Below are positions 16,451-24,874 of a stretch of 28,575 nt of DNA, piece by piece. Position 1 is the stretch's first letter; each line of letters begins with the position of its first letter. This DNA is from an uncultured Planctomycetaceae bacterium (GTDB lineage: Bacteria; Planctomycetota; UBA1135; GCA-002686595). The stretch covers positions 1 through 28,575 of the forward strand of contig CAZDYS010000003.1 in assembly GCA_964509445.1 (NCBI GenBank). Direction: 5' to 3'. The position numbers and the translations under genes were made by a program. The notes under the pieces are model-generated. The model ran no database searches. It saw nothing but the letters and a program-made list of their open reading frames with translations, and was not told the DNA's origin.

Positions 16451-16669
16451 ATGGACGTCCGTCACGTCGAACCCACGATCCGCGAGAACACGCTCCGCCG
16501 CTCCCGGCGCCGTCGCTCCGACGGCCAGCAGGCGAACGACTTCGCCGAGCAGTTCGGTCGGCACACGACCGGCTCCTCCGCGGAGGCAAACGAGGCGCCG
16601 GACGACACGGCGCCGGCTCCCCCCTCCCAGGAGGCCGGTCTCGGCGACCGGATCGACGTCACCGCATGA
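16451..16669 (+). CDS. Small hypothetical protein ending in GDRIDVTA
   Basis: ATG at 16451 preceded by GAGGA (alternative GTG at 16436 overlaps the fliA stop); ATGA coupling to the next gene. Confidence 0.63.
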   Translation: MDVRHVEPTIRENTLRRSRRRRSDGQQANDFAEQFGRHTTGSSAEANEAPDDTAPAPPSQEAGLGDRIDVTA

Positions 16670-16887
16670 AGAGCGTCATCAAGAAGACCCTCGTCCGCCA
16701 GGAGGCGGCCGGCGCGGTCCGCACCCAACACGAAGGCGTGTCCCTCGCCCAGGACCTCGAGCGTGCTCCGCAGCCCGGAGTACGCGTGGTTCGCCTGGAG
16801 GGCCGCGTCACCGCTCTCGAAGTCACCTGCAAGTGCGGCGAGGTCGCGGTCGTGGAACTCGACTACGACGCTCCGCCGAGCGCCTGA
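16666..16887 (+). CDS. Small hypothetical protein with a CxC motif, 73 aa
   Basis: ATGA-coupled; C-terminal beta-rich segment VRVVRLEGRVTALEVTCKCGEVAVVELDY. Confidence 0.7.
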   Translation: MKSVIKKTLVRQEAAGAVRTQHEGVSLAQDLERAPQPGVRVVRLEGRVTALEVTCKCGEVAVVELDYDAPPSA

Positions 16888-16898
16888 ACCTACGAACG

Positions 16899-17546
16899 AT
16901 GAAGAGACTCCTCTTGCTCTCCGCCCTGGCGCTGGCCGGCCTTTCCGCCTGTCAGATGCCGCTGGCCTTCCAGGATCCGATGGCCGTTCCCCAGTCCGGG
17001 GGCTGGCAACCGCAGGGACGTTTCCGCAACCCGGGGGCGCCAGCCAGTCAGCCGACCGTGCATCAGAACGCGTACCCGGCCTCCAGCGGTGCGCAGGGCG
17101 CGCCGCTCCTCGGTTGGGACGGTGGCGTCGTGGACGGCCCGCGGCAGGGAGAGGTCGTCTCCGTGTCCGGCGCCGGAACGCACGCGATGGAGGAGTCCGT
17201 CGACGGGCGCATGCACATCATCGAGCTCTACCAGTCGGTGCTCGACGAGCGAGACCAGCTCCAGAGCGAGGTCGCGGCGCTCCAGGCGGCGCTCGAGACG
17301 AGCCAGGCGGAGCTCGGCGCGCAGCGCGAGGACGGCCTGACCCAGGGCACGCGCATCGAGGCGCTCGAGCAGGCGAAGAGCACGCTCATGCAGGAGAACA
17401 AGGACCTCGCCGGTCGGCTGGCGAAGGCGCAGCTGCGCAGGCTCGAGGCGGAGAAGCTCCTGCTCGAGACGCAGATCGCCTGGCACCGCAGCCAGGGCGC
17501 CGCTCCCGAGGCCCGCTCCGTCGCGAACCCGGAGCAACCCCGATGA
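16899..17546 (+). CDS. Lipoprotein with a long C-terminal coiled coil, 215 aa
   Basis: MKRLLLLSALALAGLSA-C lipobox; heptad-rich IIELYQSVLDERDQLQSEVAALQAALE...LEAEKLLLE. Confidence 0.8.
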   Translation: MKRLLLLSALALAGLSACQMPLAFQDPMAVPQSGGWQPQGRFRNPGAPASQPTVHQNAYPASSGAQGAPLLGWDGGVVDGPRQGEVVSVSGAGTHAMEESVDGRMHIIELYQSVLDERDQLQSEVAALQAALETSQAELGAQREDGLTQGTRIEALEQAKSTLMQENKDLAGRLAKAQLRRLEAEKLLLETQIAWHRSQGAAPEARSVANPEQPR

Positions 17547-18154
17547 ACCTCCGCCTGGTCCTCCTCGCAGGCATCGCGCCGCTGCTCGGCTCCTGCCTCG
17601 CGAACTACGTCCCCCCGATGCCGCTCCTGGCGACGGCGGAGGTCTCGAACGACTTCGACACCTACGCCATCGAGCGCGTCGGGCTGCTCCCGTTCTCCGG
17701 GAAGGAGCTGGCGACCACCGAGGCGCAGGAGCTGCAGGCCTCGTTCCTGTCGGAGGTCGCGCGCGCGACGCCTTACGAGGTCATCTGCCTCGACGCGGAC
17801 GACCTGGAGATGGTGGAGGCCGGCGACCCGCACCGCACCGGGTCCTACAGCCCGCGCACGATCATCGAGCTCTCGCGTCGCTACAACCTCGACGCGATCC
17901 TGTTCGGTTCCGTCACGGACGAGCGGTTCTTCCCGCCGCAGCTGTTGAGCCTGACGCTCGACCTGGTGTCCGCCGAGACCGGACTCGTGGTGTGGTCCTC
18001 GTCCGTCCACCTGGACGCGCGGGACGAGCGCGTGCAGGACGGCCTGCGCGCCTACTACCACGTCGACGACCGCGAGAAGGCCTGGCAGATCGCGCTCCTG
18101 TCGCCCGAGCGCTTCGCGCGCTTCGCGGCGTTCCAGATCGCTCTGCTCCTCTGA
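17543..18154 (+). CDS. Lipoprotein with a CsgG/TolB-N/FlgO-like alpha/beta fold, 203 aa
   Basis: MNLRLVLLAGIAPLLGS-C lipobox; RVGLLPF, LSRRYNLDAILFGSV and LTLDLVSAETGLVVWSSS are typical of this fold family; ATGA-coupled. Confidence 0.78.
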   Translation: MNLRLVLLAGIAPLLGSCLANYVPPMPLLATAEVSNDFDTYAIERVGLLPFSGKELATTEAQELQASFLSEVARATPYEVICLDADDLEMVEAGDPHRTGSYSPRTIIELSRRYNLDAILFGSVTDERFFPPQLLSLTLDLVSAETGLVVWSSSVHLDARDERVQDGLRAYYHVDDREKAWQIALLSPERFARFAAFQIALLL

Positions 18155-18164
18155 GAGCGCCGGT

Positions 18165-18186
18165 TCCCGAGGGTCGTGCCTCGGGA
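18165..18186. terminator. 8-bp hairpin between convergent genes
   Basis: TCCCGAGG-GTCGTG-CCTCGGGA in the 39-nt gap between two stop codons. Confidence 0.5.
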
Positions 18187-18193
18187 GCTCGGG

Positions 18194-18526
18194 TCAACCG
18201 CGGAGCAGGCCTTCGGCGGCGCGCTCGAGGCGCTCCTGCGTGCCGAGCTCGCCCGCGATGTAGGCGGCTCGCAGCGCATCGACGCGGTCCTGACGCTCGG
18301 CGTCCTGGGCCGTGGAGTCGACAGCGGCGCTCGACAGCTCGATCCGGTCGCCGCGCGGCTCCTGGGAGCGTGCGGCCTGCGCCTCGCGTGCGGCCTTGCG
18401 AACCTCTTCGAGGCCCTCGAGGTCGGCACGCGCATCCTCCACGCGCTCACGGACCGGCTGCCTGTCGGCGTCGAGGCGGCCTCGACCCGGCTTCAGCGGT
18501 TCGGGTTGTCTTCCGTGGACTTCCAT
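18194..18526 (-). CDS. flgM: Anti-sigma-28 factor FlgM-like protein, 110 aa
   Basis: ATG at 18526 with AAGGAG SD; DRIELSSAA and RQDRVDALRAAYIAGEL match the FlgM D-x-V-E-I-S and R-x-x-K-V-x-x-L-K-x-x-I-x-x-G patterns; preceded by a perfect GCCGATAA. Confidence 0.75.
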   Translation of the reverse strand: MEVHGRQPEPLKPGRGRLDADRQPVRERVEDARADLEGLEEVRKAAREAQAARSQEPRGDRIELSSAAVDSTAQDAERQDRVDALRAAYIAGELGTQERLERAAEGLLRG

Positions 18527-18571
18527 GAGAGGCTCCTTTTCCAAGAGGATGGGAAAGGTTTCCTGCCTCCG

Positions 18572-18599
18572 TTATCGGCACCCGCGGACTCCGCGTGAG
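18572..18599 (-). promoter_or_regulatory. Sigma-28 promoter for flgM
   Basis: Minus strand CTCAC-N15-GCCGATAA, about 45 nt upstream of the start. Confidence 0.8.
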
Positions 18600-18668
18600 C
18601 GGAAAACACGGGGATTGCCGCGGGTCTCCGCCCGCACCTCGCAGAATGAACCCAAGGCCTTGTCAGCA

Positions 18669-21010
18669 ATGAACTTCTGGTGCTCTGGCAGGGGGCGCTC
18701 GGAGGTCCCGGGAACCGCACCCAGGGCGGGCACCGGGGCTCGGGCACGTCTCCTGGCGGTCGGGCTGGCGGCGCTCCTCGGGACGGGCGTCGCCGAGGCG
18801 CGCCAGGGGGACACCGCGAGCTCGCGCACGGACTACCGCATCCAGGCGCGGCTCGAGGGCGAGGCGAAGACCCTGAGCGGCTCGCTCGAGGTGGACTGGA
18901 CCAACGGCAGCGCCGACGCGGTCGAGGAGCTGTGGTTCCACCTCTACCTGAACGCGTTCTCGAACAACCGCTCGACCCACCTGGTCGAGGGCAAGGGGCG
19001 CTACCGCGGAGCCGTGAAGGCCGAGGACGGCTGGGGCTGGCAGCGCGTGACGTCCATCGAGCTCCTCCAGGACGCGGGACCGGCCGACCTGTTCGGCAGT
19101 CTTCGCTTCCAGCGTCCCGACGACGGGCGGGAGGACGACCGCACGGTCTTCAGCGTCGACCTGCCGCAGCCGGTGCCACCCGGAGAGACGATCACCGTGC
19201 GCGTCGCCTGGGAGTCCCAGCTCCCGCGCGTCCGTCGGCGCACCGGCTACAAGGGCGACTTCCTGCTCGTCGCGCAGTGGTTCCCGAAGCTCGGGGTGTA
19301 CGAGACCGGGCGCGGCTGGAACGCGCACCAGTTCCACGCCAACAGCGAGTGGTACGCCGACTTCGGGACCTACGACGTGCAGCTCGACCTCCCCAGCGAG
19401 TACGAGGGCAAGGTCTTCGGCTCCGGCGTGCGCGTCACCGACGACTGGGAGGACGGCCGTCGGAAGATCCGCTTCCAGGCGCCGAGCGAGCTCGACCGTC
19501 AGCGACAGGACGCGTTCGGGAAGCTGCCGCTCGTGCACGACTTCACGTGGACCGCCGACCCGGACTTCGTGGTCGAGAACCACATCTTCCGGTTCAGCGA
19601 GTGGGCCGAACGCTTCCCCGAGGAGGTGGAGAAGGCCCGCGCCGCCTTCGGCGAGGACGTCGACCTCGCGCTGCGCAACGTGGACGTGACCGTGCTGGTC
19701 CAGCCCGAACACGCGGGTCAGGTCGGGCGGCACATCGAGGCGACCTGCGCCGCGCTGTTCTTCTACGGGCTGTGGTTCGGGGAGTACCCCTACCAGCACA
19801 TCACGGTCATCGATCCCGCCTGGGGAGGCGGCGCCGCCGGCGGGATGGAGTATCCGACGCTGTTCACCTGCGGCACGCGGCTGTTCACGACGCCCGACAT
19901 GCACCGCCCGGAGAGCGTTACCGTGCACGAGTGCGGCCACCAGTTCTGGTACGGGCTCGTCGGCAACAACGAGTTCGAGTCCGCCTGGCTCGACGAGGGG
20001 CTGAACTCCTACACCGACTCCGAGGTGCTGTGGCGGGTGTTCGGGGCGAAGCGGGAGACCACCGACTACGGCGTGCTGCCGATCGACGGTCGGCGCGTCG
20101 GTGGAGTGCCCGGCGGGGGACCGGTCAGCGGACTGCTGGTCGGGGAGAGCCTCGAGATCCCTTCCTCGATCCCATCGAGCTGACCCCGCTGCCCGAGTCG
20201 GGCTTCCTCGACCTCTGGCGCGACCAGCCCGCGTTCACCTTCGCGCCCACGACGACCGACCCCCGCTGGCACGACCGCACGCGCTACCTGTCCGATCCGG
20301 ACACGGACCCGATCGAGACCTTCTCCTGGGAGTACGCGGATCGCGGCAGCTACGTGGTGAACAGCTATCCGCGCACGGCCGTCGCGCTGCGCTCGCTCGA
20401 GCCGGTCATCGGTCGCGACGCGTTCCTGCGCGGCATGCGGCACTTCGCGGAGGAGTGGCGCTATCGCCACCCCTACCCGCAGGACTTCTACGCGACCTTC
20501 CAGCGCGGCGCGGAGGTCGAGATCGACTGGTACTTCCGCGAGGTGTTCCAGGGCACCGGGACCGTCGACTGGAGCGTCTCCGTCTCCCAGCGGCGGCGCC
20601 CGAAGCCCATCGGCTACTTCCAGAGCGAGGGCGGGGAGTTCTTCGAGGAGAAGCACGACGGCTCCTCCGAGGACGAGGCCCCCTGGGAGATCGAGGTCGA
20701 GCTGCGTCGCGCCGGCACGCTGCGCCTGCCCGTCACCGTCCGGCTGACCTTCGAGGACGGGACGACCGAGGACGTGCTCTGGTCGCGCGAGGAGCAGGAG
20801 GGCACGACCTGGACGCGTCTCGAGCGCAGCGGAGCGAACAAGCTCGTGTCCGCGGTCGTCGACCCGCAGCGCTCCTACTTCCTCGACACCGACATGTCGA
20901 ACAACCGCTGGGTGGCGGCCACGGAGGGTCTGACCCCGTGGCGCTGGGGGGAGCGCGTGCTGTCCCAGTACCAGCGCTTCTTCCACTGGATCGGAGGTCT
21001 CGGCGGATGA
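18669..21010 (+). CDS. Secreted M1-family (gluzincin) aminopeptidase, about 780 aa once a 1-bp indel at 20159-20161 is corrected
   Basis: Signal-like N-terminus; QWFPKLGVY, GGMEYP, HECGHQFWYGLVGNNE, WLDEGLNSY. The frame stops at 20183 but continues in the -1 frame (FLDPIELTPLP...YVVNSYPRTAVAL...WRYRHPYPQDF...VDP...DTDMSNN). Confidence 0.9.
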
Positions 21011-22041
21011 GCGTCCACGAGTCCGAGCGTTCCGCTCCGCGCGGCCTGGTGTTCCTGCGCGCCCTCCGGGCCGCCGTGGGGCGCTTTCCGCTGTGGTTCC
21101 TGACCTGGCTCGCGCCGCTGCTCCTGGCGCTCGTCCTGGTCGCGCCGTGGATGGCCTGGTTCGGCCGCACGCTGCCGCACGCCTACGAGCCGCACGAGGT
21201 GCTCGGCTCGCTCGACGTGGTCTTCCGCACCGACCACGCGGACGCGCTGGAGGCGCTGCGGTCCGGTGGCGGATCCGCGGCCGCGATGCTGGCCGTCCTC
21301 GCGATGCTCGCCGGGGTGTTCTTCGCGGGCGGCTGGCTGCAGGTGTTCCTGGAGCGCACGTCGGGACACTCCGTGCGGCGCTTCCTGTGGGGCGGCGCGA
21401 AGTACTTCTGGCGCTTCCTGCGCGTGTGGGTGCTCACGGTCCTGACGATCATCGTCTTCGGCTGGATCGTGTACGGCTGGCCCTGGAACACGATGCTCGA
21501 GCTGCTCCTGGGTGCCTCCAGCCGGGACGACCTCGAGGTCGTCGAGTCGGAGTGGACGGCGGCCTGGGCCGTGTGGCTGCAGGACGGGACCTTCGCGTTC
21601 CTGTTCGCGCTGACGATGACCTGGGGCGACTACACGCGCACGCGGCTCGCGCTGCACGACGGGCGTTCGGGACTCTGGGCCGGGCTCTGCACCTGGTTCC
21701 TGCTGCTGGCGCACCCGATCCGCACGCTCCGCCCGCACGCCTTCCTGTTCGGGCTCGAGCTCCTGGTCGTCTTCGCGCTCGGGCGCTGGTCCTGGAGCGT
21801 GAACAGCGGCCTCGACGCTGCGTCCACCTGGCGCAGCGTGCTGCTCCTGTTCGGGATCGGCCAGCTCGGGATGCTGTGGCAGGCCCTCACGCGCGCCGCG
21901 CGCTACGCGGCCGCCGTCCAGATCAGCCGCTTCCTCGTGGCGCCGCTCACCCAGCCCGACCGCTGGGCCTCGCGCATCGGCGGCCCCGGCGGCCCGCAGT
22001 ACCCCATCGACGACACCGACGACTACGGCGTCTCGATCTGA
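21007..22041 (+). CDS. Polytopic membrane protein coupled to the peptidase gene, 344 aa
   Basis: ATGA overlap; several hydrophobic helices (FPLWFLTWLAPLLLALVLVAPW, VLAMLAGVFFAGGW, FWRFLRVWVLTVLTIIVFGW). Confidence 0.8.
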   Translation: MSVHESERSAPRGLVFLRALRAAVGRFPLWFLTWLAPLLLALVLVAPWMAWFGRTLPHAYEPHEVLGSLDVVFRTDHADALEALRSGGGSAAAMLAVLAMLAGVFFAGGWLQVFLERTSGHSVRRFLWGGAKYFWRFLRVWVLTVLTIIVFGWIVYGWPWNTMLELLLGASSRDDLEVVESEWTAAWAVWLQDGTFAFLFALTMTWGDYTRTRLALHDGRSGLWAGLCTWFLLLAHPIRTLRPHAFLFGLELLVVFALGRWSWSVNSGLDAASTWRSVLLLFGIGQLGMLWQALTRAARYAAAVQISRFLVAPLTQPDRWASRIGGPGGPQYPIDDTDDYGVSI

Positions 22042-22074
22042 GGTCTCGTGCCCGGCGTCGGCCGGGGGCTTCGT

Positions 22075-22548
22075 TCAGCGCGCCGCGCGCAGCAGGGCCT
22101 CGGCCTTCTCGAGCTCGTCCCAGCGCGCGTCGGCCTCCGCCTTCAGCTCGGCGTGCCCGGCGCGCTCCCAGCGCTCCTTCGTGTCGAGGATCAGGCTGCG
22201 GTAGAACAGGAACAGGCCCTCCTCGGTCAGGAGGAAGCAAGTCGGGTCGACCTCGACCTTCTCCCCGTCGACCATCGCGTAGGCGCACCACCCGCCGTAG
22301 CGCGGCGCGTAGTACTCCGGGGACTGCAGGAAGCGCAGCCGCGACTCCTCGGACGTGAACTGGTAGTTCGCGCCGTCGTGGTGCGCGGTCAGGAACGGCT
22401 TGCCCGGCTGGGGTCCTTCGGGACGGTGGTAGGACACCGGGTCGTAGCCTCCCAGCGCGATGCCGCGACGGTCGACGTTCCAGCGACCGTCGGGCGTGGC
22501 GGCGCAGGCGGAGAGGAGGAGCAAGAGGAGCGAGAGCAGACGAGCCAT
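22075..22548 (-). CDS. YHS-domain-containing lipoprotein, 157 aa
   Basis: LLLLLSA-C lipobox; IALGGYDPVSY, YQFTSEESRLRF, PRYGGWCAYAM, VDP. Confidence 0.88.
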   Translation of the reverse strand: MARLLSLLLLLLSACAATPDGRWNVDRRGIALGGYDPVSYHRPEGPQPGKPFLTAHHDGANYQFTSEESRLRFLQSPEYYAPRYGGWCAYAMVDGEKVEVDPTCFLLTEEGLFLFYRSLILDTKERWERAGHAELKAEADARWDELEKAEALLRAAR

Positions 22549-22610
22549 GGGTCCCAGGCTAGCGCCCCGGGGGTCTTCGGGCTCGCCTTCGCCGTCCGAT
22601 CGCTCGCGCC

Positions 22611-23357
22611 TCAGGTGCGGCGCGCGCGGGCCTTCTTGCGGGTGAGCCGGCGCGGTCCCTCGAGGTCGATCTCCAGCGGCCGGTCGAGCTCCAGCGCCAG
22701 GGGCTCGACCCGGGTGCGCCAGGCCATGATCTCGACCCCCGCGTCGACCACGCGTCGCAGAGTCGTGGCGTAGGCGGGGTCGATCGCGTCCGCCGGCCGG
22801 AACACCTCGACGTCCCCGCGGCTCACGAAGAAGAACTGCACCGCTCGGCCGCCCTCCTTCACCACGCGGCGCAGCTCCTCGAGGTGCTTGAGCCCGCGCT
22901 CGGTCACCCCGTCCGGGAACATCGCGACGCCGTCCTCCGCCAGGGTCGTGTTCTTCACCTCCACGTAGCAGGGCGGCCGATCCGGATCCGTCAGGAGGAC
23001 GTCGATGCGGCTGTTCTTGCCGTACTTCACCTCCCGTCGGGCCTCGGCGTAGCCGGCGAGCTCGGGCACCTCGCCGGCCTGCAGCGCCTCGAAGACCACC
23101 CGGTTCGGGAGGCCGGTGTCCACGTTGACCCAGGCCCCGTTGCAGCGGATGGCCTGCCAAGTGTGGCGCAACTTGCGCTTTTCGTCGCCCGAGTCGCGGA
23201 GCCACGCGGGGCTCCCGGGCTCCTTGCAGCCCATCAGGCTGCCGGTGTTGGGGCAGTGGGCCGTGAGGACCGAACCGTCGGGGAGCTCGACGTCGGCGAA
23301 GAAGCGCTTGTAGCGGGAGCGGAAGGCGCCCTCGATCGGTGCGGCATCGAATCGCAT
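22611..23357 (-). CDS. sfsA: DNA/RNA nuclease SfsA (sugar fermentation stimulation protein A)
   Basis: RYKRFFADV, AHCPNTGSLMG, REVKYG, SRIDVLL, YVEVKNTTL, FPDGVTERGLKHLEEL. Confidence 0.95.
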   Translation of the reverse strand: MRFDAAPIEGAFRSRYKRFFADVELPDGSVLTAHCPNTGSLMGCKEPGSPAWLRDSGDEKRKLRHTWQAIRCNGAWVNVDTGLPNRVVFEALQAGEVPELAGYAEARREVKYGKNSRIDVLLTDPDRPPCYVEVKNTTLAEDGVAMFPDGVTERGLKHLEELRRVVKEGGRAVQFFFVSRGDVEVFRPADAIDPAYATTLRRVVDAGVEIMAWRTRVEPLALELDRPLEIDLEGPRRLTRKKARARRT

Positions 23358-23425
23358 CCCGGCACTCTACGCAGCTCCTGCCCGGGGACCGCGGACGGAC
23401 CTCGCGATCCCGCGCTCCGCCGCGC

Positions 23426-23470
23426 AAAAAGACCGGCTTCCCTACGGGTCGAGGTGCAGAAGAGCCGATC
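23426..23470 (-). terminator. Intrinsic-terminator-like hairpin plus U5 upstream of sfsA (possible attenuator)
   Basis: Minus strand GATCGGCTCTTCT-N14-AGGGAAGCCGGTC-TTTTT: imperfect stem followed by a U-run. Confidence 0.4.
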
Positions 23471-23515
23471 CAACCGGCGCGCCGGTCCCCCTCCCCCCGA
23501 GCGCATGGTCCGACC

Positions 23516-23585
23516 ACGGACGGTTGGCACGGGTTCTTCGATTTACACCGAGACTTCCCACACCACGCTCGCGTCAACCGTCCGT
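23516..23585 (-). ncRNA. Candidate structured leader RNA (riboswitch-like)
   Basis: An 11-bp perfect closing stem (ACGGACGGTTG/CAACCGTCCGT) encloses GGGAA, a TCG-GTGTAAAT-CGA T-loop-like hairpin and GCCA. Confidence 0.3.
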
Positions 23586-23624
23586 CCTTTCCTCGACGCC
23601 CGCGGTCGCTAGGATGTGCGCGCC

Positions 23625-24732
23625 ATGAGCACTCTCAGCGACTTCGAGGAACGGACCCAAGACGCAGTTCGCCGCCTGGACCAGCTCAAGGAGGGTCTTT
23701 GACTACGCGGCGAAACAGTCCCGGTTCGATGAGCTGAGCGAGCTCCAGAACGCGCCCGAGTTCTGGAACGACCAGGAGTCGGCGCAGAAGGTCCTGGCCG
23801 AGGTGAAGGGTCTGCGGCGCGTGGTCGAGCCCGTGCGCCGGGCGGACGAGGCGGTCGAGGAGTCCCAGCTCTATCTCGAGATGGGCACCGAAGACCCCGA
23901 GGCCGTGGCCGAGGACCTCGAGGAAGCGCTCAAGCGCCTGGAGAAAGAGCTCGCGGACCTCGAGTTCTACGTGATGCTCGGCGGCCCGCACGACGGTACC
24001 GGGGCCTACGTCCAGGTCTCCGCGGGCGCCGGCGGACTCGACGCCTGCGACTGGGCGGAGATCCTCCTGCGCATGTACTCCCGCTGGGCGGAGGAGAAGG
24101 GCTTCTCGGTCGAGATCATCGAGAAGACCGACGAGCCCGAGGCCGGGATCCGCTCCGCGACGGTCAAGGTGCTCGGCCAGTACGCCTTCGGCCACCTCAA
24201 GGCCGAGACCGGCGTCCACCGGCTCGTGCGGATCAGCCCCTTCGACGCGCAGGCGCGACGGCACACCGCTTTCGCCTCCGTCGACGTGACGCCCGACGTC
24301 GACGACGACATCGACATCGAGCTGAACGACGCGGACATCAAGATCGACACCATGCGCGCGGGCGGGGCCGGTGGGCAGCACGTCAACAAGACGGAATCCG
24401 CCGTGCGGATCACGCACATCCCCACGGGGGTGGTGGTGCGCTGCCAGAACGAGCGCAGCCAGCACAAGAACCGCGCGACGGGGCTGAAGCTCCTGAAGGC
24501 CAAGCTGGTCAAGCTCGAGGAAGCCAAGCGGGACGCCGAGATGGGCAAGCTCTACGGAGAGAAGGGCGAGATCGCCTGGGGCAACCAGATCCGCTCCTAC
24601 GTGATGCAGCCCTACCAGCTCGTGAAGGACCACCGCACCAGCTGCGAGAAGGGCAACATCCAGGCGGTTCTGGACGGGGACATCGACGAGTTCATCCACG
24701 CCTACCTGACGCAGGCGGGGACCTCCTCCTGA
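23625..24732 (+). CDS. prfB: Peptide chain release factor 2, with programmed +1 frameshift (368 aa)
   Basis: 25 codons from ATG 23625 end in CTT-TGA; the +1 frame continues DYAAKQSRF...FWND...; SPF (ISPFD) and GGQ ([13 protein letters not shown]) motifs are present. Confidence 0.97.
23689..23703 (+). promoter_or_regulatory. RF2 +1 ribosomal frameshift site
   Basis: Internal SD AGGAGG, then GT, then CTT TGA C: the canonical prfB shift signal. Confidence 0.95.
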
Positions 24733-24874
24733 CCCGAGGCGGAACGTCCTTCCGGGTCCCCCGTCGAACGCCCGAATCCGCGCCCGGACTCCGGGGCTCC
24801 GGGCGCACTGTGGTAGCCTCCCCGGTCCGATAGGGGCTGGCAGAGCCCCGGGCCGCAGGGGCCCGATCACCATC

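Noticed and set aside
20151-20183. Programmed -1 frameshift in the M1 peptidase
   Set aside because: No X XXY YYZ slippery heptamer in frame; a 1-bp deletion in a C-run is simpler.
22276-22300. Selenocysteine in the YHS protein
   Set aside because: The GGWC motif uses TGC (Cys), with no in-frame TGA.
23525-23540. Sigma-54 promoter TGGCACGGGTTCTTC upstream of prfB
   Set aside because: The -24 TGGCAC is perfect but the -12 TTGC is missing.
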